Shown here: positions 1 through 11,817 of the stretch, piece by piece | How positions within the stretch are numbered: position 1 is the first letter of the stretch | Layout: every line of letters begins with the position of its first letter | Assembly (NCBI RefSeq): GCF_000143415.4 | Contig: NW_003314266.1 | Location: 1,510,463-1,574,462 of the forward strand | Source of the DNA: Selaginella moellendorffii | Taxonomy: Eukaryota; Plantae; Lycopodiophyta | Direction of reading: 5' to 3' | Length of the DNA: 64,000 bases | Position numbers and translations under genes: made by a program | Notes under the pieces: model-generated | Databases searched by the model: none | The model's input: the letters and a program-made list of their open reading frames with translations, nothing else | What the model was told of the DNA's origin: nothing

Positions 1-1800
1 CTTAATATCTAGATTAATATAAGAGAATAGAAAATATTCAACTCAACACTAGATTGAGGATAAAATTTATAATAGTCACAAAGAATTGGCATAATATAGG
101 TGATAATCCTCATGATTATAAACATTCTAGTTTTGACCTTCAAAAGATAATATTCTTAAATATATACTCACCTTCACACTTACTCTGATTGAGGCCGAGG
201 GCTGGTTGCCATTGTTTTTGTAAAATTTTTGTGGATGTTTGCATTGGCCAATCAGAGATTAGCATAACTTGAGAAAAAGAAGAGAAATGCAACACATTGA
301 CTCAAGGCAATTCACAGTGGAGAGAGTGTTACTTTGGTGGGAGTTTTGGCAGCTGAGAGATCTTGCAAGAAGAGGACACTGGATTTGGAGCTTGTTGTCC
401 AATCTATGTCCTGTGGGGAAAAAGACGATACAGCTGTAATGGCTGATCTGAATTCTCTTTATGTGGATGGTGTTCAAGCTGAGGCAAGTCTAGGTGTTTT
501 GGATGGCAGCAAGCATGGGCAAGAGTGAGGCCCGGGGATGCTAGGTGTGGCAAATCACATTTACTTTCACATTTACAACAATCTTATAGTGATATGGTGT
601 TATTTGAAGTACTTGTTGTAAAGTTAATATGATTTCATGTTGCAATATTTGTTCTGCAAGTGAAAAAGTCCAAATTCAAGAACTTACACTAAACCAAATT
701 AAGTTTTGGACTAGGTTTTAATAGCCTTGTAGGGGAGTGGGGCATGCTGACTCTGTCACTAACCTGATGCTGGTCTTCTGTTGGAAAGGTGGATTATGAG
801 GCAGAGATTAGTGTTTGTGATTGGAAGGCAAGCAAGAGAGGTAAGAAACGCTCATCATATCTCGAGATCCAGATCACAGGACACACCAGTAAGTATTTTT
901 TAAGATGTTAAGATAACTTAATTTTCTTGATGGATAGTTGCATTGAAGTTGCATGTGTTCACTGCAATCAAAGAAATAAAAACATTGAGAAAACAATGAA
1001 ATCAAAATACACTCTTTCTGAGTCAAAAGTAAATTTTTTTCTCACACACCATTTTGGTAATTTCTCTAGGTTTGTTGCTTATAACATTGGTTATGCTGGA
1101 TGTAAGCTGTGTCGAGTTTGTAGTAGCTACTTTGCTGTGAGAAAATCGTGTCAAGATAGGAACCATGCAAGGTTTTTGAGAGTTTATATCTAAAGTGTTT
1201 ATGCTTGTAGACGAGTTTTATCATTGCTTGAACACTAAATAGTAACTTGCTAAGTGTTATGTTTCACTCTCTCTACTAAAGCTCTGTCTTGGCTATATAA
1301 GTAATGGATCAGTTTTGTGGAAGCAAAGATAACTCAAGAGATCCCAAGCATTTGCATGGGAAGGAAAAAATACACCTCAAAGGTATATGCTAATGGATAG
1401 ATACTAATTACAAAACCATCCAGAATTTGCTAGAGGAATTTTTAACCATGTCCTGGCATTTGCTAACCAAGAGGAACTAGAATGATATGAGCTATCAATT
1501 CTCTAGCTTGACACATCCAAAACGACAAGCTATGCTTTGAAATTTTGAGAAGGCTCAACTACATGGAGTAAAGAAAACTTGAAGGGGCAGGAAGCAAGTT
1601 TTGGAAATTTAGAGAGGAAGAGAGATTCAACCTGGAAGAGGTGTTAAACCTTAGACTTTGTCAACAGCCTAATTTTAAGCCTTTTTGTTAATAAAGTTTA
1701 CTCAATTATAGGTTGCAATGCTTGAAGTTACACGATGGAATATACCCCGCGCCCTTAGGTAGCTAGGGTTAGCGAACAAGGACGGAGGTTTATCATTTAG

Positions 1801-2874
1801 ATGAAGCGCGTGTTTGTGGACTTGGACGACACTCTTGTCTTCTACAACGAACACGGCCGATTCCAAGTCGATGGGGACACAGAAGGTCCGTACGAGCTTG
1901 CTCATGCAGCTAAAGAGTTTCTACTGGCGCTGAGAGCCATCCCAGAGGTGGAGCTGGCCTTCTTCAGCGGTGGGCCGAGCCACAGGAACGTCGGGCTGGT
2001 GAGCCAGATTGTCGACGAGGTCTTTAGCAGCAGTACCGAGATACCCGGGGTCTTTTCCCAGCACCACCTTGTGCCGGGAGATCCTCCCAAGAAGCGCCTC
2101 GCGGGCCTCGTCCAGGGAATGGACGTGGACGAGGCCATTGTCGTGGATGATACGGCCTACTACTATGCGGCCGCGGGGGAGGAGAGGAACTTCGTCTCGG
2201 TGTATTCGTGCCACTGCCCGAGCCACAAGCACTTTGCTGGCAAGGTTTTCAAGGCACGCCGGGACAACAATCTGGTCCGCGCCTTGGGGATCATCCTTTG
2301 GTCCCTGGACATCTGCAGCGCCGAGGGATGTACGCTGGGTGAGGCCCTCAGCGCGGTGCAGTGGGACTCGTCGGGCCGCTATCGTCACAAGGAGACCAAT
2401 TCCAAGCGGGTCTACGACCGTGGCCTCGAGGCAATGAGGCGCTTCAATCCGGAGCTCCAGCTGCTGGACGAGGAAGGGCTGGGGATTCATCCGTGGTCGT
2501 CCCGGCTCCTGGAGCTGCTCAACCACGACGAGGACTCGCATTTCAACGGCACCAGCTTCTTCGAGCCGCACCAGGTCGCCAACATCCTCTGCACGCTCTA
2601 CTCGTCGGTGGATGCTCATCACGGCGAGACTGGCGAGGCTGCTGGTGTAGAACTCGTTGAGGTGGAGATTGCATGGGCTCAAGGCAGCAAAGAGTATGGG
2701 AGGCTACCAGCTGGGATGCCCGCAGAGGTGATCGTCGCCACACTAGATCACATGTTCCCTGTGGAGTCATCTGGTGTGCTCACCGACAAGCATGGAGCCG
2801 AGGTGGCCAAGGACGAGCGACTGGATGCTGCTCGAGGCTACAGATATACGGTGGCCAGGGTCTCAGTCTTCTGA
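1801..2874 (+). CDS. Intronless HAD-superfamily, NIF/FCP1-like (DxDxT) phosphatase with an unidentified C-terminal domain, 357 aa
   Basis: N-terminal VFVDLDDTL (HAD motif I), AKEFL...ELAFFSGG (motif II region), PKKRL and AIVVDD (motifs III/IV); single long ORF. Confidence 0.7.
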   Translation: MKRVFVDLDDTLVFYNEHGRFQVDGDTEGPYELAHAAKEFLLALRAIPEVELAFFSGGPSHRNVGLVSQIVDEVFSSSTEIPGVFSQHHLVPGDPPKKRLAGLVQGMDVDEAIVVDDTAYYYAAAGEERNFVSVYSCHCPSHKHFAGKVFKARRDNNLVRALGIILWSLDICSAEGCTLGEALSAVQWDSSGRYRHKETNSKRVYDRGLEAMRRFNPELQLLDEEGLGIHPWSSRLLELLNHDEDSHFNGTSFFEPHQVANILCTLYSSVDAHHGETGEAAGVELVEVEIAWAQGSKEYGRLPAGMPAEVIVATLDHMFPVESSGVLTDKHGAEVAKDERLDAARGYRYTVARVSVF

Positions 2875-3130
2875 AGTTCCTATCAGCAAGCGACTTCTTT
2901 GTGTCTCTGAAAATAATACAAAGCATACCTCATTTGAAACAAAGGAGCCATCCACCTTGCCATCTTCCTGTAAGATTTAGCACCATTTCCTTGAGTGACT
3001 GACTGGTAAGAAGGAGAAACAAGACAAGCAACTTATCAGAATGAACTGCTAACGTCAGCTAACGAGAGCTTGACTGCAGCTAGGCAATTGCCAAAAGTAT
3101 ACAAACCACCAATATGATTTCGTTAACCAT

Positions 3131-4511
3131 TTAGTTATGCATTTGGACTCGTTGCATCAATTGTTGTGCACCGATGAAGAGTGAATCTACTGCAAGAACT
3201 ACCAATACCTGCATTCACAACACACACAAAATAAAAAAGATCTTTACATAGAACTTGCCAAGCTTACCAATCGACCAAACATTACAGCTCTATAGCCAAA
3301 TCCCTCCTTAGCAGCTGCTCGACGTTGAACATCAGTCCATCTGGTGGAAATGATCTCTCATGAACACTACAGTAAACTATTGCTTCCTTTCATACCCCAA
3401 AAATTCGGAGATACCACCGATCCCGGCGAGCTTCAAAGCCTGGGGACCTTCTCGTTCGAATTCCTGAAAAGAAAAGAGCTCGCAAGTGTCTACCAAAAGA
3501 TCAGAATATACGGCTCTATACCCCTTCTTCTACGGCATCGAAGCCTCCACTCAGCCAGAAAATGTTCCTATAGCCAGCTTTATACATTTGCTCGCAAGCT
3601 GCAAGGGATCTGCAGAAACAAAATAATCAGCTCAAACTATGGAGGACAAAGAGCTTACCTCAGTCCCTTTTGACAAGCGACAATTACGTTGGCACTCTTG
3701 GGGACTGTTGCTACCAGGTCGGGCATGAATCTCCTGCATAGATTTAGTTTTCGCAAATGAAGTCGAAGAAGAAAGAAAGTCTCACTTACTCATTGTATTT
3801 CATAAGAGCCAAGCCGCTCCACCACCCTCCTACAATGTTTTGATCCACAGCTTAGCAAACTTGAGCTTTGGCATGGATCAAACTTCTTTACCCATTGCAA
3901 AAGTGGAGAGTTTTTTCAGTAGCGCGCCAGGATCCATGTTTTTGTCACTGTCGTAGACAGGAATCCAGACGCTTCCTTTCACCCAAGCCTGGAGAAAAAT
4001 CAAAAACACGATGACGACTTTAGAACAGGGAAGATTGCGAGATGAAAGCGAACCATAAAAACCACCTTACTTCTTTCACTCGATGGCCGAACATCTAACA
4101 ATGTGTACTTGGAGAGCTGGACGGCATAGCCGGCTTCTTTGGGCGACAAGGCCTTGATCTTTCCATCTCTCACCTTTCCAAAGCAAAGCATTCCATGAGA
4201 AATGGGAATAAATAAGAAAACAAAAAAGCTTTTCTCTACCTGCGCTTCCCATCGCTTCTGCGCTGCCGAGAGTTCCTTCATTTGCTCCACTTCAGTGGAA
4301 CAGCGGACTTGGAGCTGGAAAGAAGTGAATGCTGAATTTTTCGGAGAATGGGGCGTTCTACCTAGGTCTTCTATGATCATATACTGACCTGACATGGATT
4401 TCCTCTCATCCGATTCATGGACACGCGATGGATCTTCGCTCCATCCAGTAATCTGGGGCCTCCAATTCCCAATGTCGCCACTGGAGAAGCTACCAATCCC
4501 CCAAACGCCAT
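3131..4511 (-). CDS. STR11: Chloroplast rhodanese-like domain protein (STR11-like), multi-exon
   Basis: Spliced reading MAFGGLVASP...LQVRCSTEVEQMKE...YTLLDVRPSSERSKAWVKGSVWIP...VIVACQKGLRSLAACEQMYKAGYRNIFWLSGG...; GT-AG introns; TAA at 3131-3133. Confidence 0.85.
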
Positions 4512-4696
4512 AGCTGCGCTTGTTAATCATCCATCCTCTTGCTCCCCTCTTCCCTCTCGCGAGCTATCCACAAAAATCCCAAAAAAAATGCCACGTGGCA
4601 GCATCGCTTTATCGTCTTTTACAGCCATCTCAACCGTTGGGGATGGGTTGAAATCGACGGCCCGGGGCGAGCTAGGGTTCTTCGCAGTCGACGACA

Positions 4697-4927
4697 ATGC
4701 TCCGAATGCGCATGGCGGCGTTCGTCGCCGGGTTCGCCACGGCGGCCGCGATCGGCATGTACATGGTCCAGAAGGACGTGCAAACGAGTCACCGGATCCT
4801 TGTCGAGCAGGTAATCCCCCTTTTCCTTGCTGCATTGATCGATTTCTTGAAATTTCGCCGCCGCCAGGCCCAGAACTACTACAAGGAGCTGGATTCTCGG
4901 CTCTCGAGACTGGAAGAACACAAGTGA
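4697..4927 (+). CDS. Small single-pass membrane protein (~57 aa) with a C-terminal coiled-coil-like tail; one intron at 4811-4867
   Basis: MLRMRMAAFVAGFATAAAIGMYMVQKD...|AQNYYKELDSRLSRLEEHK; hydrophobic helix; GT..CAG 57-nt intron. Confidence 0.65.
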   Translation: MLRMRMAAFVAGFATAAAIGMYMVQKDVQTSHRILVEQVIPLFLAALIDFLKFRRRQAQNYYKELDSRLSRLEEHK

Positions 4928-5495
4928 GGTATGATCTAGCTCCGAGGGAGGAAGAATGCGGTGTTCTTTTGGGAAAAACGAGCTAAACTATCCATCCTTC
5001 TCCTCTATGAGATTGGTGGCTGAAATAGCTCGTAGAACAAAGAAAGCTTTCTTTGAGGTGATCTATCAGCTTGTCTTCCTTGTTCTAGAGTGGAAGTTTC
5101 ATGTTAAACTGCGCCTCAACATCCATAGAGTCTTGCTTGGTCTGCGATGATGATAGCTAATATCTTCAAGCTCAACAGGACAGAGCTTGGATCGATAAGA
5201 TCCCAGCATGGTGATTACCCCGCTGAGCTGAGCAGCTTGTTCGATTCGATCGATTAGAGTTTTTTCTTCGTACCTTTGTTGAGAGATCCTACCGCGTTGA
5301 TGATTGAAACTAGAAATCAAGCTCAACAGGACTGAGATTTTTTGTGCTGACAAAATAATCTGAGCGGCCTTTCTCTTCGTTTTGTTTTTCCAGCTTCCAG
5401 CGATCCAGCGAGTCGGTTCGTTTCAAGGAAGGCAATCGAAATCTTCGACCAAACCATTGTAAATTTATTTGCTCACAAAATAAAGGATAAAGAAG

Positions 5496-5575
5496 GATTT
5501 AGGGTTTAAGGGTTTAGGGTTCTTCCCAAAGGGGAAAGGAAGATTTAGGGTTTAAGGGGTTTAGGGTTCTTCCCT
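5496..5575 (+). promoter_or_regulatory. Telo-box cluster (TTTAGGGTT repeats in a duplicated ~40-bp unit) upstream of the ribosomal protein gene
   Basis: gatttagggtttaagggtttagggttcttccc occurs twice in near-identical form, ending ~16 nt before the L17 ATG; telo-boxes are typical of plant translation-gene promoters. Confidence 0.7.
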
Positions 5576-5590
5576 TCGTGATCCGGCACA

Positions 5591-6619
5591 ATGCGGCACC
5601 GGGTGGATCACCGGAAGCTCGGCCGAACGGCCGAGCATCGATGGGCAATGCTCAGGTACGCGCCTTGTTCTCTCTCGCATTCGCATCGCATGACGCGGCT
5701 GTGGATTCGATCTCTACACAGGACGATGGTCTCGCAGCTGATCGAGCACGAGAGAATCGAGACGACCCTAGCGAAGGTAAATTTCTTGGAGGAATGCTAG
5801 CGTTTGAGCTTGCTCTTCCAGGCAAAGGAGGTGAGAAGATTAGCGGACAAGATGATCACGCTCGGGAAAGCGGTGAGTGGAAAGAATGATTCTTCCTTGT
5901 CATTCGAGACTGATTTTTTCGAGCAATTCAGGGAACGCTCTCTGCGATTCGAAGAGCCGGCGCGGTGCTACGCACAGACGAGACCGTCCACAAAGTTTTC
6001 TACAAGCTTGCTCCTCGCTATGCGTAAAAGTTTCTCCAACTCGATCTTTAAGTTTTTTCTCTCTCGCGAAAGCTAGCACTAAGATCTTCTCTTTTTCTTT
6101 TCCATCTTGTAGAGATCGACATGGTGGCTACACAAGAGTCGTCCAAACTCGCCACAGACTAGGAGATAAATCGATGATGGCTTTCTTAGAGTGAGCAATG
6201 GTCGATTGTTCTTCCAGAGTGGTATTGATCTGGCCTTGGTTTCTTCCAGATTTATTGATAGACCCGGAGAACTAAGGCCTCCAAAGCCACCGGCAACTCC
6301 ACCACCTCCTCGAGAACCAATTTTGCCGTGGATCAAGTCGAAGCTAGCTCGCATAACTCTACCTCCAGGACTCACTCGAGCGCAAAAGCCACCCTGGGAA
6401 GGCACTCACCAGATCAAGCGAAAAGTCCGCAGTAGAAGGCCTACGAAGAAGGACAAGGCCAGGGCCGCCAGGGCCGATGCCGATGCCGCCAGAGCCAAGT
6501 TAAACGAAGCCAAAGCTCTAGCCGAAGAAAAAGAGGAAGCCTCTTCACAAAGTTCTCGAGACGAACAGCCCCAGCCAAAGCCAAGCTCAAGTTCAAGCTC
6601 ATCGAAAGAGGAACAATAA
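5591..6619 (+). CDS. RPL17: Organellar (probably mitochondrial) 50S ribosomal protein L17 with long basic C-terminal extension, 6 exons
   Basis: [56 protein letters not shown]...DRHGGYTRVV...MAFLEFIDRPGELR is the bL17 signature. Confidence 0.9.
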
Positions 6620-6743
6620 GTCGCGTGAAAACACCGAGACTCGTAAGTTTTTGGAAAACAGGTACGTTTTTGTCAAGAAGCTCTTCAGGACAAAGAAATT
6701 CAAGAACTATAGTTACCAGATAATCGGAAGAGCTAGCTGAGAC

Positions 6744-7657
6744 TCAGAAGATCCACCGCCTGTTGAAGTAGCCTTCTCTCTTGGCGTTGTAGAAGGCGCA
6801 GCATCCAACCGAATAAACCACGATTAGGAACACGAGCACCACCAGGTTGACGATGGCGACTTTGTGCCAGTCGCGCTTGATGTTGGCCAGCAGCCCCGCT
6901 CGGCAAGAGTTGCAGTCGAAGCAAAGCTCGTTCTGGTTGTTGCTCCACGTCGAGCAGTCTGGATCTTCGCCGATGAAAACGTTGGACGACGATTCTTCTT
7001 CGTCTTCCTCGCTGGAAGAAGAATCGTAGTTGTACTGCTGGCTCACGTTCCAGAGTGTCGCGTTCTCGTAGCTGTATCCGCACGATATTGGAGGCTTGCA
7101 GCAGCCCGACTGCGAGGAAAGAGGAAAAGTTGCATAGGAGAACCCTGGAAAAGAGTAAGTACCTCAAGCGGCGAGAGCAAAGCGTTTTGAAAGGACTCCG
7201 AGTCGTGGAACCTGTTCATGCCTCGGCAGACGTTTGAGTCCTGGAGGCAGCTCTTGATCTTCCTCCAGTTGCTTGTGCTGCTAACTTTGCTTTGCAGCCA
7301 GGCCGAGTAGTCTCCCAACCGGTACTCGGAGAAGCCAGTGCCGGCCACGGCGTGGCTGGCACCACGGTTGGAGACGAGGAACGTAAACACTGTGAAGAAC
7401 ACGAGCAGAAGGATGAGTAGCAGCATGAGAAAGAGGTAGATCCACAGCAGCCACGAGACCCTGTAGCAGGAGCCGAGAAATCCCACGAGGGATATCACCA
7501 GGATGATAGCACCAATGCTGATGGTTGGCTGCTGGAGAAAGTGCATGCAGTCCGAGTCCCTGTTCGTGGCCAGCCATATACCGATGACGATGATCGGGAT
7601 GCTAAGCACCACCGTGACAAAGTTGAGAGTTCCCATCACCAGATTGCTGAGCTTCAT
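6744..7657 (-). CDS. TET: Tetraspanin, 2 exons
   Basis: Four hydrophobic helices; EYRLGDYSAWLQ, SGCCKPP, WSN...LCFDCNSCRAGLL, VYSVGCCAF are plant tetraspanin motifs. TATA-like element at ~7748-7755. Confidence 0.9.
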
Positions 7658-7853
7658 GCTGGAGGATATCTCTGTCACAGTTCCCGACTCGTCAATACCA
7701 CCAAATGGAAAGAAAGAAAGAAGTTGCAGGAGAGTCTACCACCGGCATATATAAATACTAGACTTGCTCGCAGATGGCTTCCTGGCTTCCAGGGAAGGCC
7801 AACGGCTTCCGCGCGGTTTTGTGTAACCACGCCTATACAATGGTGTCGAAGGT

Positions 7854-9980
7854 TCAGTGCTGGATCAAAGTCGTTTCTTCCTGCCCGGCTTGTGGGGATT
7901 GTTTCTCTTCTACTGAGCCAAAGAAGAAGAGAAGAAATCCCCACAGCCAAAAAGCGGCTGCCAGGAAGTAGATTGAGGTCAGGATCAAAGCGGTCGACCT
8001 CCAATTGTGTAGCTTATCCTGTACGTGTAAGGTTTGCAGTGAGAAAGGCACAGAAAAAATTAGAGTTAACTGACCTCCACTAATCCGACAAGAGGGGAGG
8101 AAGGGACGTCCCCAAGAACATGTATTAAGACAGTCGAAGTTGCCATAGCTAACGCTCGCAGTTCTTGAGGCACACTTTGTAGATTTAACTGATTGACAGG
8201 GCCCTGCAAGAACACAAGAAAGTGTTGACATAGTGAAGAAAGCACGCAAAATACCTGTGTCGCGAAAAGAAATAGCTCTGCTACAGCGAATAAGAAAATA
8301 AACAAAACCACGTTTCTCGACGAGAAGGCGAGCATGCATCCAACTCCTCCAAGGATAGTTGATAGCGCAAGGAGCTGCGATCAAACCGGTGCTACGTAAG
8401 AAACTGCCAATCGAGTTTGGCTATATACCTTGAATCCGTTCCGTATGGAAGATCCAATGAAATCGAGTACGGCACCTCCCGCAAAAGTACCGATAACTCC
8501 ACACAGCATGGTAACCCCACCAAAAATTAGATCCGCGCTTTTCTGCGAAACCAAAACATCAAAGTCCGAAATGATAACACAAGCACCAACAAACCATCTG
8601 ATAGATCGCTTCACCAGCTTTTGGACCCCAGTACGAATAGGCGCCTAACACAAAATTGAACGCGATATACCCTGAAAGTAAAAGAATGTACGCATGAGTT
8701 GGAAAGTAGGATCCATGGAAAACGGTACCTAGAACATTGATCATATAAACTTTGTTTTGGAAAAGATCTCTGAAGTCATAAAGGACGCCTTTCAATTTTG
8801 AAAGACCAGGTCTTTTAGCTGATCTGCAAGAAATAGGACAAGAATTTAGAATGCTCATATAATTGATATCAATGGCTCACCGTTCACTATTCTCCATCGT
8901 GGACTGCTCCTCGTCTATTAATGTATACAAATCTAAACGCGAAGTTGAGCACAAAAGACGACAAGGCACGCACGTACCGTCATTAGAGTTCGACATAAGA
9001 TTGATAGGAGCGGAAACAAATCCAAACACCGCAAAGGGGAGCATGATCAAAGCCTCCAGGAAAAAGGCTGCCCTCCAATGCAACAAGGATCCAACCTGAA
9101 AGTACTGTAAGAACATGTTCCTATACGAGACTCCAGGACAACATACCACACCCCCAAACACGTAGCCCAATGCCACTCCAACCGGCATGCACATGTAAAA
9201 GTACGAAAGCCATCTACTTTTCTGCATCAACCGGTGCTTAGAAACATCATCACAAAACTTATAAATCTTACTTGTTCGGGGGGAGCATAATCGTCAATGA
9301 ATGGAGCTGCGAGGCTGACGAACGAAGCTTCTCCCACTCCAACAAGCCTGCATTGAGCCAGCAAGAGTGGTCAGCCAAGCAGGACCGAAATAGCGAATTA
9401 CTTACAGTCTAAAAGATGCGATCGACCAAAATCCCACAGAGAAACCGCAACCAGCAGTGGCAAACGTCCAGACCGAAAGGCCAACTCCGATTAGCCGGAA
9501 AGGATTGCAGCTGCAGGTCAATAACCAGTAAGTTCGAGAGAAAAGAAAGAAAAGGAAATCTATCACGAAAACTTACCTTTTCGTTAGCTCGGCGAAAATC
9601 GGAGACGCGACCAGGAGTCCTCCCATGAAAGCCGACGACAAAACACCATCTTGGAAATTCGAGAGCTTAAACTCACCCCTGAAAAGAAGCTCAAACGCAT
9701 GAGTAAACTCCAACGAGGAACTCGTGTTCCTTTGCTTCTCACGTACTGTATCCCAGATCCATGCGAGCAAGCCTCGTTTGCGCGGCAAGTATGGTTCCCA
9801 GGAGCGCCATTCACGCCATTGCTCGCGATCACGCCGCGGTCAACGTAGTTGAGGAGATTGATGACACAGAAGAGAACGAGCAACCTGGAAGGTAGAAATT
9901 TCGCAATCGCAATCGCGCAATGCGTAATCTCACCTCATTGGAGTGAACCATTGGGGCTGCTGCTGCGCTTCTATCGCCAT
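7854..9980 (-). CDS. MFS spinster-like (sphingolipid) transporter, multi-exon
   Basis: MAIEAQQQPQWFTPMRLLVLFCVINLLNYVDRGVIASNGVNG...DGVLSSAFMGGLLVASPIFA...GEASFVSLAAPFIDD...HVLGDVPSSPLVG. Confidence 0.9.
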
Positions 9981-10063
9981 CGCCAGAGCTCTAGCTCTCT
10001 CCTCTTAAATAATAAGAGATGGATTTGCCCTAGCCCTAGAACAGAGCTTTAAGGGGCAGGGAA

Positions 10064-11403
10064 ATGCTGAAAGTGGTCGCCTTTCCTCTGCGGCTTGGGC
10101 GGCGATGGGCATTCCAGGTTCTTCCCTCTCCGATCGTCCAAGAATCTGGCGGCATCCCTGCCGGATCCAGCACCTGGGACACGGTGCGCGAGCTCGGCGA
10201 TCGCATCATCGCCACGCCCCGGCTCTCGGATCGCATTGACATCTTTGTGCGCTTCGCGGAGGACCAGGTAGGGTCTCGATTCTCCTCGCATTTTGGCTAG
10301 AATTTGCGGCCTCCATTCCGGCAGATGCAACGGAAGTGGCAGGATCTCGCGGCGGCGCGCCCTGGAACCATCCGGAGCAAAATCCACAGGTGCTTCTTCC
10401 CGAGAGAGCTCGTTTGATTCTTTTTCTTGTAAGCTTGATGGATTGTCACTTGTCACAGGCGTGGATGGTGCTGATGGTTGCGTTTACCTCTCTATCTACA
10501 GACAAGGAATGAAGCTCCTGGCGAAGCTCGAGCCCTCGGAGCAATTTTTCAAGGCGATTCCTCCGGATGCTACCAAGATCAACATCATCCATCCTTCGAG
10601 GTACGCATTGCTCGCGTGAAGAAAAGTATGGATGGACATTATAAATAGAATTTTTTCTTTCTTTGAAAGTTTTCTTTCTTCGAGAGTTTTTCCTTCTTTT
10701 TCTTTCTTCGAGGCTTGTTTCTAAGATGGAATTGTGATGTTTCAGCTTGAATTCACGTCTTGCGAGGCGCAGGCTGCGACATCTAGCTATAAGGTCTGTG
10801 CTTTTCCTTGTCCGAGAGAATTGTTTTTTGACACTTTGGAGATGCAGCGGGACTGCTTTTCACAGGAGACTGCTCTATGGTTCGCTCGCGTTGCTTCCTT
10901 TCTCTTCGCTCTTCGCGGTTAGCTTTACTTCTCAACTTTTGCCAGAGTTTCTTGTTTCTAAAGCGTGAGTTGTGGATAGATTGTACCCTTCCCAAACGTT
11001 GTCATACTCTGGAACTTCTTCCGAGTCCATGCTCACTGGCGAGCTCTTCAAGTAAGTTTTTTGCGCGTTAAACAGCAAAGCAATTCACATTTTCTACAGG
11101 GTAGCAGAAGGCTGCAAGCTCTGGTGACCGAGGAGGAGAAGGCATCGCAGAACAAAACCAATGCTTGGGTTAGTTCTTCCTCCTCGTTTCATCTGGGTTT
11201 TGATTCAAGTTTGTTCGTGGCTCCAGGAATTTACACCCTCCGAGAAGCTCGAGAAGCTCGTGGATCGTGCCAATTCATCGAGCGCCGAGGCCCTGAGCAA
11301 CGAGAAGATCGAAGCGATTTGCAAGGAATTTTGTCTGGAGACCACGGACGTGACGAAATGGAGGGATCACACAAGCAAAATGCTCAAGCTCGCGTGGGTC
11401 TAG
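10064..11403 (+). CDS. Mitochondrial K+/H+ exchange-related protein (Mit_KHE1-like), multi-exon
   Basis: MLKVVAFPL...KLEPSEQFFKAIP...RRRLRHLA...IVPFPNVVILWNFFRVHAHWRALQGSRRL resembles this family. Confidence 0.75.
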
Positions 11404-11817
11404 AAAGAAAATTTTTGCGGACGTAGCAGCCATGTCACTAGCGTTTGGCCACGCTGGATTTTGAGGTGGCAGTTTCAATACGGCCTGAAATGAGATCGCA
11501 AAGTTGGTTGGTTGCGTTGCGAATTGGAATGGTTTTCTAGGGTAGGGTTTTGCGCCACGGATGGATGGCGATGCCCGGCGCCAGGCGAGAGAAGATGATC
11601 GCGCGATGATCGTCGCGCGGACGAGGCGCTGTTTTGTGAGATTCTTCCCGCATTTTCGTTCTTCTTGCTTTGGCAGATTCTCTTGACGGGTTTCTTGGCA
11701 GTGACGGTGTTCTTGGAGAAGATTTCTTGCCTGGGCACGAGATTTCGTAGGATATTGGTGAGATTCTCTGTTTCTTTGGCCTTGAGCTACATTGGAAGCG
11801 TTCTTTGCTTTGCAGCA

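Noticed and set aside
1-1700. Short ORFs and coding-like patches in the AT-rich start of the window
   Set aside because: No recognisable motif and frequent stops; may be TE debris, but I cannot assign it.
1784-1789. GGAGGT Shine-Dalgarno-like hexamer before the HAD ORF as proof of bacterial contamination
   Set aside because: A 6-mer arises easily by chance, and the flanks are continuous with intron-containing plant genes.
1921-2682. 253-aa antisense ORF, and similar long shadow ORFs over the PPR, RLK, SDR and VCCN genes (e.g. 29741-30667, 49322-50236)
   Set aside because: Expected by-products of GC-rich codon usage; no domain signatures.
5160-5340. Repeated AAGCTCAACAGGAC 14-mer
   Set aside because: Only two copies, with no larger structure visible.
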